Source: Mobula hypostoma (taxonomy: Eukaryota). From it: 64,000 nt of DNA. Positions within the stretch are counted from its first letter, which is position 1, and each line of letters opens with the position of its first letter. Location: assembly GCF_963921235.1 (NCBI RefSeq), contig NC_086101.1:3288001-3352000 (forward strand), written 5' to 3'. The notes below the pieces were generated by a model. That model was not told the origin of the DNA. It ran no database searches and worked only from the letters and a program-made list of their open reading frames with translations. A program made the translations under genes and the position numbers. Below are positions 1 to 11,965 of this stretch, piece after piece.

Positions 1-1443
1 CCCACTTTTTAAAAAAGGAGGGAGAGAGAAACCGGGGAATTATAGGCCGGTTAGCCTAACGTCGGTGGTGGGGAAACTGCTGGAGTCAGTTATCAAGGAT
101 GTGATAACAGCACATTTGGAAAGCGGTGAAATGATCGGACAAAGTCAGCATGGATTTGTGAAAGGAAAATCATGTCTGACGAATCTCATAGAATTTTTTG
201 AGGATGTAACTAGTAGAGTGGATAGGGGAGAACCAGTGGATGTGGTATATTTGGATTTTCAAAAGGCTTTTGACAAGGTCCCACATAGGAGATTAGTGTG
301 CAAACTTAAAGCACACGGTATTGGGGGTAAGGTATTGGTGTGGGTGGAGAATTGGTTAGCAGACAGGAAGCAAAGAGTGGGAATAAACGGGACCTTTTCA
401 GAATGGCAGGCGGTGACTAGTGGGGTACCGCAAGGCTCAGTGCTGGGACCCCAGTTGTTTACAATATATATTAATGACTTGGATGAGGGAATTAAATGCA
501 GCATCTCCAAGTTTGCGGATGACACGAAGCTGGGTGGCAGTGTTAGCAGTGAGGAGGATGCTAAGAGGATGCAGGGTGACTTGGATAGGTTGGGTGAGTG
601 GGCAAACTCATGGCAGATGCAATTTAATGTGGATAAATGTGAAGTTATCCACTTTGGTGGCAAAAATAGGAAAACAGATTATTATCTGAATGGTGGCCGA
701 TTAGGAAAAGGGGAGGTGCAACGAGACCTGGGTGTCATTATACACCAGTCATTGAAAGTGGGCATGCAGGTACAGCAGGCGGTGAAAAAGGCGAACGGTA
801 TGCTGGCATTTATAGCGAGAGGATTCGAGTACAGGAGCAGGGAGGTACTACTGCAGTTGTACAAGGCCTTGGTGAGACCACACCTGGAGTATTGTGTGCA
901 GTTTTGGTCCCCTAATCTGAGGAAAGACATCTTTGCCATAGAGGGAGTACAAAGAAGGTTCACCAGATTGATTCCTGGGATGGCAGGTCTTTCATATGAA
1001 GAAAGACTGGATGAACTGGGCTTGTACTCGTTGGAATTTAGAAGATTGAGGGGGGATCTGATTGAAACGTATAAGATCCTAAAGGGATTGGACAGGCTAG
1101 ATGCAGGAAGATTGTTCCCGATGTTGGGGAGGTCTAGAACGAGGGGTCACAGTTTGAGGATAGAGGGGAAGCCTTTTAGGACCGAGGTTAGGAAAAACTT
1201 CTTCACACAGAGAGTGGTGAATCTGTGGAATTCTCTGCCACAGCAAACTGTTGAGGCCAGTTCATTAGCTATGTTTAAAAGGAAGTTAGATATGGCCCTT
1301 GTGGCTACAGGGGTCAGGGGGTATGGAGGGAAGGCTGGGTTCTGAGTTGGATGATCAGCCATGATCATAATAAATGGCGGTGCAGGCTCGAAGGGCCGAA
1401 TGGCCTACTCCTGCACCTATTTTCTATGTTTCTATGTTTCTAT
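1..1443 (+). mobile_element. CR1-clade LINE, young copy; 3' part of ORF2 (reverse transcriptase), running off the left edge
   Basis: Frame open from 2 to 1345 (PLFKKG..NYRPVSLTS, YLDFQKAFDKV, GVPQGSVLGP, KFADD, LVRPHLEYC, RTRGH); 3' tail of TTCTATGT-type repeats at ~1420-1443. Confidence 0.95.
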
Positions 1444-2400
1444 CCCCTTTATCTATCCTACTTGTAATCTCCTCAAAAAATTTCAACTGGTTCATCTTAT
1501 CCTGTGTCACCAACTACTCCATAACCTCATCCTTAACAATTGACTGAAACATCTTCCCAATCACTGAGGTCAGGCTAACTGGTCTATAATTTCCTTCCTT
1601 GCTGCCTTCCTCCTTTCTTTAAGAATGGACTGACATTTACAAATTTCCAGTCCTCTGTCACCATGCCAGAGTCCATTAATTTTTGAAATTTCTAGTGCTT
1701 CCACAACACTACCACTTTCAGAACTCTAGGGTGCAGTTCATCTGGTCCGGGTGACTTGTGTACCTTTAGGTCTTTCAGCTTTTTGAGCACCTTCTCCTTT
1801 GTAATAGTAACTGTACTCACTTCTCTTCCTTCACACACTATAACATCAGGCATACTGCTAGTGTCCTCCACAGTAAAGACTGATGCAAAATATTAATTTA
1901 GTTCATCAGTCATCTCCTTGTCCCCTGTTACTAATTCTCCTGCCTCATTTTCTAGCGGTCCTATATCCACTCTCATCTCTTTTATTTTTTTACATGCTTG
2001 AAAAAGCTTTTACTATCCACTTTGAGCAACACACATAAAAGTTGCTGGTGAACACAGCAGGCCAGGCAGCATCTCTAGGTCCACTTTGATATTGTTTGCT
2101 AGCTTGATTTCATATTTCATCTTTTCCATTCTGATGATTCTTTTAGTTGCTCTCTGTAGGTTTTTAAAAGTTTCCCATCCTCTATCTTCCCGCTAATTTT
2201 TGTTTTGTCGTATGGCCTCTTTTGCTTTTACATTAGCTTTGACCTCCCTTGTCAGCCGCATTTGTACTATTTTGCCATTTAAGTACCTCTTCATTTTTGG
2301 AATACATATGTCCTGCACCAGAAACGCACACCATAGCCACTCTGCTGTCATCCCTGCCAGCAGCTCCTTCCAATTTACTTTGGCCAACTCCTCTCTCACA
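1444..2400 (-). mobile_element. Older degraded CR1 ORF2 fragment, host of the copy above
   Basis: Antisense CR1-like text (NYRPVSLTS, KSPGPD, ASVFTVED equivalents) with stops and indels. Confidence 0.8.
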
Positions 2401-2537
2401 CCCAAATAAGAGAAAATCTGCAGATGCTGAAAATCCGAGCAACACACGCAAAATGCTGGAGGAACTCAGCAGGCCAGGCAGCATCTAGAAAAAGAGTACA
2501 GTCGATGTTTCGAGCCAAGACCCTTGGTGGCAGGACT
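2400..2537 (-). mobile_element. Penelope-like element 3' end fragment with decayed hammerhead motif
   Basis: Reverse strand reads AGTC-CTGCCACCA-AGGGTCTTGGCTC-GAAA-CATC-GACT, followed by the same tail as 6180-6275. Confidence 0.6.
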
Positions 2538-3216
2538 CATAACTGACATCTTTTGTCTTTTATTTTCATATTTCTACCTTTTATTGCACTTTGAATTACA
2601 TCATCTGAATGAAAAGTGCTCTATAAATAGTGATTATTATTCACATTATTTTATTGTCTGGTGTACAGTGAGAGGTTTGTTTTATAGATCATATCATCAT
2701 ATCTGTACATCAAGGTTGCACACAGTAAAACAGACTGCGGACTGAAGTGTTACAGCTACGGATACAGTGTAGTGCAGGTAGACGATAAGGTACAAGGTCA
2801 TATCGTGAGGTTCCTCGAGTCTTGGGCCCCCCTACCCGGGGGAAATACTGCGGCACATGATTTTATAAACTTCTCTCAGATCAGCCCTCACCCTCCTTCA
2901 CCGCAGGGAAAACAGTCCCAGCCTTTTCAGATTCTCCTTGTAACCCTTGCTTTCCTCATAACTAAAATATTGGAGCAGTATTTGGCCATTTGGCCCATCT
3001 GTCTACTTGCCATTCCATCATGGATGATTTACTATCCCTCAGCCACATTCCCCTGCCTTCTCCCTCTTTAATGAAGAGCCTATCAACCTTTACGTATACC
3101 CAGTGACTTGGCCTGCACAGCCGTCTGTCGTAATGAAATCCACAGATTCACCAACCTCTGGCTAAAGAAATTCCAGCTCACGCCTGTTCTAAAGGGATGT
3201 CCCTCCATTCTGAGGT

Positions 3217-3460
3217 TGTGCCCTCAGGTCCCAGATGCCTCCAATATAGGAAACACCCTCTCCACACCCACTCTATCTGTGCCCTCTGGTCCTAGACTCC
3301 CCCACTATAGGAAACATCCTCTCCACATCCACTCTATCTGTGCCCTCTGGTCCTAGACTCCCCCAGTGTAGAAAACATCCTCTCCACATCCACTCTATCT
3401 GTGTCCTCTGGTCCTAGACTCCCCCACTATAGGAAACATCCTCTCCACATCCACTCTATT
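3217..3460. repeat. Four tandem copies of a ~61-bp unit derived from antisense CR1 ORF2
   Basis: Unit TGTG(C/T)CCTCTGGTCCTAGACTCCCCCACTATAGGAAACATCCTCTCCACATCCACTCTATC, inside CR1 fragment ~2960-3655. Confidence 0.9.
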
Positions 3461-3809
3461 GAGGGCTTTCAACATTTGATAGATTTCAATGAGATCCCTG
3501 TTCATTTTTCCAAATTCCAGCGAGTACAGACCCAATGCTCCTTGTATATTAACCCTTTCATTCCCGGGATCATTCTTGTGAACCACCTCTGACCCCTCTC
3601 CAACGCCAGCACATCATTTCTAAGATGAGGGGCCCAAAACTACTCCAAATGTGGAGGGGGTGGGGGGGGGGGGAAATGAGGTTCCCATAAGACATGGGAG
3701 CAGAATTGGGCTATTCAGTGATTGATTCTGCTCTGCTACTGTTGACTTGTGTTCCTATTCTCCCGCCGATGACAGCTGTACTAATAACCTGCTTGTGCCC
3801 TCTCCACAG

Positions 3810-3917
3810 GAGGCTGGGGGGCGGCCAGGGGCAACGCAGGAGCTCAGCACTTACACAGGATGCCGCTTAATACAAGGGCTGGCCCGTGACCTGCGCAGCA
3901 AGGAGCGACTGTTAGAG
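3810..3917 (+). CDS. Myomegalin/PDE4DIP-like coiled-coil gene, first visible exon (EAGGRP...LRSKERLLE)
   Basis: ctccacAG acceptor, GTgagc donor, 108 nt, phase 0-0, open frame. Confidence 0.75.
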
Positions 3918-4094
3918 GTGAGCGGTCGCGAGTGAAGTGCCTGCAGCCTGTCTCCTGCACGGGGCAGGGGGTTGGGAGGGGGTTCAGAGGAAATTTACTG
4001 GAGTCCTTCACAGCCAGCTTCCCATAGATCGTGCCCCTGAGTGTTTGGCAGACATCGAGTGCAGTCACAGGGTGACCTGACTGTCAGGTGTCAG

Positions 4095-4226
4095 GGTGGA
4101 GTGGTTAGCACAATGCTCCCCCAGAGCAAGTGACCTGGGTTCAATTCCCGCGGCTGCCTGTGAGGAGTTCGTACGTTCTCCCCGCGACCGCATGGGTTTC
4201 CTCTGGGTGCTTTGGTTTCCTGCCAC
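4095..4226 (+). mobile_element. V-SINE (HE1-like) fragment
   Basis: tRNA-like head with GGTTCAATTCC B box, then V-domain text GGAGTTCGTACGTTCTCCCCGCGACCGCATGGGTTTCCTC. Confidence 0.75.
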
Positions 4227-4256
4227 TGGCCAGGATGCAAATTAAAGATTACTGAT

Positions 4257-4900
4257 TAACTTATCTCATCTGCTCCTCGATATCCCTGTTATTATTGGAC
4301 GGCCTATAAAAAACACCCAGTAAAGTTATTGACCCCTTCCTGTTCCTAACCTCCACCCACAGAGACTCCGTAGACAATCCCTCCATGGTGCCCACCTTTT
4401 CTGCAGCTGTGTCACTATCTCTGATCAACAGTGCCACGCCCCCACCTCTTTTGCCTCCCTCCCTGTCCTTTCTGAAACATCTAAAACCCAGCACTTGAAG
4501 TTAGCATTCCTGTCCCTGAGACATCCAAGTCTCTGTAATGGCCACCACATCGTAGTTCCAAGTACTGATCCACGCTCTAAGCTCATCTGCTTTGTTCATA
4601 CTACTCCCTGCATTAAAATAGACACATCTCAAATCATCGGTCTGAGCGTGTCCCTTCTCTATCACCTGCCTGTCCTCCCTCTCGCACTGTCTACAAGCTT
4701 TCTCTATATGTGAGCCAACCTCCTCTTCCCCAGTCTCTTCAGTTCGGTTCCCACACCCCATCAATTCTAGTTTAAACTCGCTGTAAACCTCCCCGCCAGG
4801 ATATTGGTCCCCCTGGGATTCAAGTGCAACCCGTCCTTTTTGTACAGGTCACACCTGCCCCAAAAGAGGTCCCAATGATCCAGAAATCTGAATGCCTGCC
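4257..4900 (-). mobile_element. CR1 fragment spanning the end of ORF1 (SGNH esterase-like) and the start of ORF2 (APE endonuclease)
   Basis: FLDHWDLFWGRCDLYKKDGLHLN (ORF1); CVYFNA..VVAITETW and GGGVALLI (endonuclease). Confidence 0.85.
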
Positions 4901-5240
4901 CGTATGTCATCTTGTCACCATCTGAAATTCTGCCACCAATAGTTGTGTGGTCAGCAAATTTATAGATGGAATTTGAGCTGTGCCTGGCCACACAGTCATG
5001 GGCGCAGAGGGAGTAGAACAGTGGGCTAAGCACACATCCCCGTGGTGCGCCCGTGCTGATTATCAGCAAAGCGGAGGTGTTATTTCTGATCTGCACAGAC
5101 TTCCAGTCTTCTGGTGAGAAAGTCAAAGATCCATTTGCAGAGGGAGGTTTAGAGGCCTAGGATCCGGAACTTTTGATCAGACTTGCAGGAATAAACAGCT
5201 ATAGTCAATAAACAGCATTCTGACCTGGAGTAAGGCTGCA
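4901..5240 (-). mobile_element. Rex1/Babar-like LINE RT fragment
   Basis: ISTGAPRGCVLSPLFYSL..DCVARHSSNSIYKFADHTTI. Confidence 0.75.
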
Positions 5241-5463
5241 TGGAGAGTCAAAGAGATTACATCTGCTGTAGCTGGCAGTAGGCAGATGGCAGGGCCCAGA
5301 TCCTTGCTTATACTTGATTGGTCCTTTCCCACAACGCAGGCCCTTCATGTCCAGGGTTTGAATTGAGTTGGCGGGTAACAGCCTCTTTCTCTGATGAATC
5401 CCTGACTCTCTCACCTCTGTACTGCTCCGGGCTGACCTGCTCTCTGTCTCCCGGTTCTGACAG

Positions 5464-5580
5464 GAGTGTGTGAAACTGATCAGCCAACTGTCCAGCAGCA
5501 ACAAGTCCACCGATGGCCCGGACGACAATGGGATTAGGACGCTCTGCCTCTGGTTGGACAAGCGAGAAGAAGGTCTAGAG
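5464..5580 (+). CDS. Myomegalin-like gene, visible exon 2 (ECVKLISQ...KREEGLE)
   Basis: Pyrimidine tract + cAG acceptor, GTaagt donor, 117 nt, phase 0-0. Confidence 0.8.
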
Positions 5581-5679
5581 GTAAGTCTGGAGACTGCCTT
5601 CTTGCCCTCCCAGTTGCCCTTCATACCCCTCCCATCCATGCATCTATCCAAATTTCTCTTAAATGTTGAAATCAAACCC

Positions 5680-6280
5680 AGAAGAGGCCATAATCAGGTT
5701 GGAGGAGGAACACCTTGTATTCCATCTGGGTAGCCTCCGACCTGATGGCGTGAACATTGATTTCTCAAACTTCTAGTAATGCCTCCCTCCACCTTCTCCT
5801 TCACCATCCCCCATTCCCATTTCGTTCTCTCACCTTAACTCTTTACTTGCGCATCACCTCCCTCTGGTCACAAACGAGAAAATCTGCAGATGCTGGAAAT
5901 CCAAGCAACACACACAAAATGCTCAGCAGGCCAGGTAGCATCTATGGGGGAGAAAAAAATGTACAGTTGACATTTTGGGCCCCCTTCTCCAGCCCTTTAT
6001 CTCTTTCACCAATCAACTTCCCAGCTCTTTTACTTCACCTATCCCCCTCTCCCGGTTTCAGCTAACACCTACTACCCTGTACTTCTTCCCCCTACCCCAC
6101 CTTCTTACTCCGACTTCTCATCTTTTCTCTTCAGTCCTGAAGAAAAGATGAAAGTTGGCCTGAAACGTCAACTGTTTACTCTTTTCCACAGATGCTGCCT
6201 GGCCTACTGAGTTCCTCCAGCATTTTGTGTGTGGCTTGGATTTCCAGCATCTGCAGGTTTTCTCTTGTTTGTGATTTCTG
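5680..6280 (+). mobile_element. Penelope-like element 3' part: GIY-YIG C-terminus, hammerhead motif, internal inverted tail copy
   Basis: LEEEHLVFHLGSLRPDGVNIDFSNF* at ~5699-5776; CAGTC-CTGAAGA...GAAA-CGTC-AACTG at 6132-6174; 5870-5945 is the reverse complement of ~6190-6273. Confidence 0.75.
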
Positions 6281-6282
6281 GA

Positions 6283-6725
6283 TCTTTTGTGTGGTTGGAA
6301 TGATATCTATGAAGTAAGTTGTTTATCCTGTATTATTACATCTGGACCGATGTTACGGATTGTCCTGTCTATAATAACGGATTGGCTGTAGTATTATTTG
6401 TGGGACTCTGACTCCAAAACTGGCTCAGGCTTGTACTTAGAGTAAGGTAAGGTTTCTTTTATGAGTTTGTGTTTTAGAGGAAGATTTTGGTAAATAATGT
6501 TTGCTGTTTGATTGTGCCTGTGTAAGTTACCAGACTGAGATAACTACTGCAGGATCCACTAATGTGTTGGGTTGTTCCTGGTTTCTCTTGGCATTTTCTG
6601 CACTTATCGTCTTGAATTTGCTGGGTTTTTATTATGCATTTTTGATATTTTTTTGTGTTAACCACCTGGTCCTGTATTGCCATAAGGAAACCTTCTATTT
6701 CTGTGTAGAGATCTCCAACTCTGAG
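6283..6725 (-). mobile_element. R4/Dong-clade LINE fragment (CCHC knuckle plus restriction-like endonuclease region)
   Basis: AIQDQVVNT..DDKCRKC..QHISGSC, followed by IIDRTIRNIGPDVII. Confidence 0.7.
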
Positions 6726-7129
6726 TCTGTAGCGAAAACGTTTATTGGCTTTGTTGTATTTTTACTGTTAAGCTCTACTTAACAGATTTTCTTAAGCCTT
6801 GGAGTAAATTCTGTCCTGTTTTCCCTTTATTACGCTATGATCTATTTTCTTTGTTGATATCCCGGATACTTTCCTGTTTCATATTCATCCATCCGTTGTG
6901 TTGTATCCAGTGCAATTTGCCTATCACCACAGTAGATCTCCAGTGGGTCATCACGTGGCCTTGGATCACCTGGACAATACTAATTCCTCCAGTTCTGATT
7001 AAAAAGCTCCAACGCCTGGGCCTCTGTACGTCCCTCTACAACTGGACCCTCGGCTTCCTAACCGCAGGTCCACAGGCTGTACAGATGGGTAATAACATCG
7101 TTGTCATCGTTGCCCTTTGCTGCTTCCAG

Positions 7130-7267
7130 AAGGCCAGTGAAGAGGTGCTGGGTGTCCTGGAGGAGATGGAAAGTGAGGCTGGACGGCTGAAGCAGGCTCT
7201 ACTCGAGAAGGACAGGGACATCAGATGTCTGGGTGAAGTCCTAGTCCGCAACGAGGAAATGATCAAC
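7130..7267 (+). CDS. Myomegalin-like gene, visible exon 3 (KASEEVLG...RNEEMIN)
   Basis: ttccAG acceptor, GTgagt donor, 138 nt, phase 0-0; EKDRDIRCLGEVLVRNEEMIN parallels recalled PDE4DIP ERDHDLERLRDVLSSNEATMQ. Confidence 0.85.
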
Positions 7268-7477
7268 GTGAGTCTCCCTCCGTCCTGTCGCCTGGCACCT
7301 GCTCCAACCCCCCAGTAGGAGGCTCTTCGACACATCCCATCTACACCAACCCCATTTACTCACACTCTTAAGTCCACGACCCTGTAGTGTTCTGCTGAAC
7401 ACGGTGGCATGCACAGGAATGTGCCCCCAGTGCACCCGTCGGATTGTGGTGTTTTTTTCTCACACAAATGACTCGTT

Positions 7478-8945
7478 TCAATAGACAATAGGTGCGGGAG
7501 TAGGCCATTCAGCCCTCCGAGCCAGCACCACCATTCACTGTGATCATGGCTGATCATCCACTATCAGTACCCCATTCCTGCCTTCTCCCCATATCCCTTG
7601 ACTCTGCTATCATTAAGATCTCTATCTAACTCTTTTTTTGAAAGCATCCAGAGACTTGGCCTCCACAGCCTTCTGAGGCAGAGCATTCCACAGAACCACA
7701 ACTCTCTGGGTGAAAAAGTTTTTCCTCAACTCCGTTCTAAATGGCCTACTCCCTATTCTTAAACTGTGGCCTCTGGTTCTGGACTCACCCATCAGCGGGA
7801 ACATGCTTCCTGCCTCCAGCGTGTCCAATCCCTTAATAATCTTGTATCTTTCAATAAGATCCCCTCTCAGCCTTCTAAATTCCAGAGTATACAAGCCCAG
7901 TCGCTCCAATCTTTCGACATATGACAGTCTCGCCTTCCCAGGAATTAACCTTGTGAACCTACGCTGCACTCCCTCAATAGCAAGAATGTCCTTCCTCAAA
8001 TTTGGAGACCAAAACTGTATACAATACTCCAGGTGTGGTCTCACCAGGGCCCTGTACAGCTGCAGAAGGACCTCTTTGCTCTTATACTCAATTCCCCTTG
8101 TTATGAAGGCCAACATGCCATTAGCTTTCTTCACTGCCTGCTGTACTTGCATGCTTACTTTCAGTGAATGATGTACAAGAACACCTAGATCTCATTGTAC
8201 TTCCCCTTTTCCTAACCTGACATCACTCAAATAGTAATCTGCCTTCCTGTTCTTACCACCAAAGTGGATAACCTCACATTTATCTGCATCTGCCATGCAT
8301 CTGCCCACTCACCCAGCCTGTCCAAGTCATCCTGCATTATCTCAACATCCTCCTCACATTTCAAACTGCAACCCAGCTTTGTGTCATCTGAAAATTTGCT
8401 TATGTTACTTTTAATTCCTTCATCTAAATCATTAATATATATTGTAAACAGCTGCGGTCCCAGCACTGAACCCTGCGGTACCCCACTGGTCACCACCTGC
8501 CATTCCGAAAGGGACCCGTTAATCGCTACTCTTTGTTTTCTGTCAGCCAGCCAATTTTCAATCCAGTCAGTACTCTGCCCCCTATACCATGTGCTCTAAT
8601 TTTGCCCAAAAATCTCCTACGTGGGACCTTATCAATGGCTTTCTGAAAGTCCAGGTACACTACATCCATTGGCTCTCCCTTGTCCATTTTCATAGTTACA
8701 TCCTCAAAAAATTCCGGAAGATTAGTCAAGCACGATTTCCCCTCCGTAACTCGGACCGATCCTGTTACTGCTATCCAAATGTGCCGATATTTCATCCTTT
8801 ATAATTGATTCCAGCATCTTCCCCACCACTGATGTCAGACTAACTGGTCTATAATTCCCTGTTTTCTCTCTCCCTCCTTTCTTAAAAAGTGGGATAACAT
8901 TAGCTACCCTCCAGTCGTCAGGAACTGATCCTGAATCTATAGAAC
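7478..8945 (-). mobile_element. CR1 LINE 3' portion, disrupted ORF2
   Basis: ORFs 7622-8152, 8227-8496 and 8526-8795 are successive CR1 RT pieces; CTATTGT-type tail near 7480. Confidence 0.9.
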
Positions 8946-9865
8946 ATTTACCCCCTCCATGGGTGCCACCTGACCTGCTAAGTTCCTCCAGCAATTTGTG
9001 AGTGTTGCACAAGCTTTAGAACGTAGAACAGAAGAGGCTCTTCGTCCCTCAGTGTTGTGCTGCCCTTTAACCTGCTTAAGGTCAGTCGAACCCTTCCCTC
9101 CCACATGGCCCTCCATTTTCTTTTCATCCCTGTGCCTGTCTCTTAAAAGTCTCTAATTTTCTGCCTCTACCCCCTCCCCCGGCTGGGTGTTGCAGGCAGC
9201 CACCATCAGAGTGTAAATAGATAAGTGAAACCGTCGCGGACATCCCCGCCACTATTTTCCTCCAGTCTCGCTAAAATTGCGCCTCCTTGTATTCGTCCTT
9301 TGCACCTTGGTGCAAAGTCTCCGGATGTCCTGGAACACAGTAGAGTGTAGGGGCAGGTGCTTCAGCCCAGAGCGTTGTGCAGACCCAACCAACTGTCCAT
9401 TTCCTGCCATTCCCCTAACATTCATCTGCTTCTCTAAACTTCTCCAATGTTTCTGCCTCCTGCCACCTCCCCAGGCAGCGCATTCCAGGCACCCCACCGC
9501 GCTCTGCGTGGGGGAGAGAACACTTGCCCCTCACATCTCCTTTGAAATTACCCCGTCTCACCTTTAATACCTGGTATTAGATATTTTCAACCCCGGGAAA
9601 CATCTGTCCACCCCTATGCCTCTCAGAGCTTTGTAATCCTCTGTCAGATCTTCCCTCTCCGGACTTTCGACACCTGTAGAATCTCTTGCATTAATGGTCC
9701 CTCGCCTTGGGATTTCCCACTGCCGAGGGGAGGTTCTCTGTACTTGACCTGACTTTTCCCCGTTGTCAGCAAGGGAGCTCGCTGCCCGGGCCTCACGCCT
9801 CGGCGCCTCTGTGGCGTTCCCCTTCGCCAGAGGCTCCCCCCCTCACCCTGTCTCTCACCCCGCAG

Positions 9866-10036
9866 ACGTTAAACGCGAGCCTGGGACAGAAGGAGTCACG
9901 GCTTCTGCGGCTGGGCCAGAGCATGGAGCAGACACGGCGGCTGTGGGAGGGGCAGCGGGCTGCTGACCTGCGGGGACGGGAGGAGATCCGACAGCAGCAG
10001 CAGGCCGCTCTGCAGAGCCTGACCAGCGACGTGAAG
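9866..10036 (+). CDS. Myomegalin-like gene, visible exon 4 (TLNASLGQ...LTSDVK)
   Basis: ccgcAG acceptor, GTatgg donor, 171 nt, phase 0-0. Confidence 0.85.
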
Positions 10037-10429
10037 GTATGGACGGGATGGGGGCGGAGATCCTGGCATCCTCTGGGGATGGGGAGCGGAGGGAGGGGAC
10101 AGTGGCGGAGAGAGACTGACGAGTGGGACTAGGTTCCCAGGAATGATGCTTATGAGATTGTGAGAGTCATACAGAGAGTAGACAGACCGACAGGCAGACA
10201 CACCCCTTACCCTGTTACCCTTCTTGGGTACGAGCCCCAAACCATTCCACGGGCTGTCGGAGGTGAGAATTCTCCCGGAAATGGGTCTACATCAGTAAGT
10301 GCAACCTACTCTACTCTAAAGCACATGCACCTCCCTCGACCTTTTTCCAATCCCCCTGCCACTCCTACGCCATCCCCTCACCCTCTCTTCCCCCTCCCCC
10401 ACCACCCTCTCCTCTTTGCCTCTCCCTCC

Positions 10430-11745
10430 CCCCATCAGAACCCAAATCAGGTTCGACATCACTGGCACATATAGTGAAATTGGTTATTTTACGACAGCAC
10501 ACATGACAGTACTTAATGAAGGAATATCAACTGCAATAAGAAATATAACTATGAAATTAAATTTAAAAATACTACAAAAAGAGAGTAAAAAAAATTCTTT
10601 GTGGGTTCATTTGTCCATTCAGAAGTCTGATGGCTGAGGGGAAGAAGCTGTTCCTAAACCACAGGGTTTGCTTCTTCAGGCTCCTGTACCTCCTCCCTGA
10701 TGGTGGCAGTGAGAAGAGGGCATGGCCTGGGTGGTGAGCATCCTCAGTGATGGATGCTGCCTTTTTGAGGCATCGCCTTGTGAAAAATGTCCTGGATGCT
10801 GTGGAGGCTCGAGCCCAGGATGGAGCTGGCTGTGTTCACAGCTCTCTGCCCCCTTTCCCGATCCTGTGCAGTGGCCCTCTGTACCAACAGTGATGCAGCC
10901 AGTTACAACGCTCTTCATCGGGCATCTGTAGACAGTTGCGAGAGTCTTTGGTGTCATACCAAGCCTCCTCAAACTCCTCATGAAATATAGACACTGTGAT
11001 GCTTTCTTTGTAATTACATCTACACGGAGGAGGAGAAGATGGCAGTGCGTGCGGCCACTTCCGTGGTGATGTCTGTTATTTGTCAAGTAGGGGACTGTGC
11101 ACAATTCTGATTTGATGGAGACGGACATGAGAGTACGGAGGAACATCTGGAAAACTTCTGAAATGCCTGCTTCGCTGCCACTGCTACTGTGTGGTAACCG
11201 GAATATCCGGAGCAGAAGGCCCTGAAATCCTCGGCTTTGCTTGTTTCAGCAGCTGGGGAGAGGTCGAAGGTGCTCGGCAGAGGATGGCGCTCGGGAGGCT
11301 GTATCGGAGGGGCTGATCAAAGGCTCGAAGTTTTCGGACGGACAGACTCAGCGTCAGCTGTTTCCAAGGCATTGGCAAGTTGACGGTGCCTGGAGGTTTA
11401 TGGCAGGGAGTTTCTCCCTTTTGCCGCCTGCTATCGGGGATCGGGAATCGATCGACTCCGGGACTTTGAGACTATTTTTACCATGCCCATGGTCTGTTCT
11501 TCATCAAATTATGGTGTTGCTTTGCACTGCTGTAACTATATGTTATATTTATGTGGTTCTGTCAGTGTTACTCTTTGGTTTGTCCTGTTTTCTGTGATAT
11601 CACTCTGGAGGAACATTGTATCATTTCTTAATGCATGTATGCATTTCTAAATGGCAATGAAAGAGGACTGAGTGTTCTCATGATCTTAGAAACATGTCGG
11701 GCCCAGGAGAGATCCTCAGACATGTCGGCACCCAGGAATTTGAAA
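10430..11745 (-). mobile_element. Rex1/L2-type LINE 3' fragment, split by an insertion at ~11025-11690
   Basis: KKASQCLYFMRSLRRLGM..YRC..SVVTGCITV on the minus strand; host text resumes at ~11693. Confidence 0.7.
11025..11690 (+). mobile_element. Non-coding ~665-bp non-autonomous retroelement (unclassified)
   Basis: Interrupts the Rex1-like fragment; begins GAGGAGAAGATGGC...CACTTCCG (YY1/ETS-like); CpG-richer than its flanks; T-rich 3' part. Confidence 0.6.
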
Positions 11746-11770
11746 TGGATCCCCTGTCTGTGCTTTGCAG

Positions 11771-11965
11771 GCTCTGTCAGACTCACTGTTGGCCCGGGGT
11801 CTGCCCGAGGGTCCCGACTCCCTGGCTGGTCTGTGCCAACGACTGCAGGACAAGGAGCAGCTCCTGTCTGAGGCGCAGGCCAAGCTGAGCCGGCAGAAGG
11901 AGGACCAGGACAAGGTCATCCAGGAGCTATCCCGCTCCCTGGCTGAGAAGGACCGGCTGATCCAG
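11771..11965 (+). CDS. Myomegalin-like gene, visible exon 5 (ALSDSLLA...EKDRLIQ)
   Basis: ttgcAG acceptor, GTagga donor, 195 nt, phase 0-0; LCQRLQDKEQLL parallels recalled PDE4DIP LCQRLQRKERML. Confidence 0.88.
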
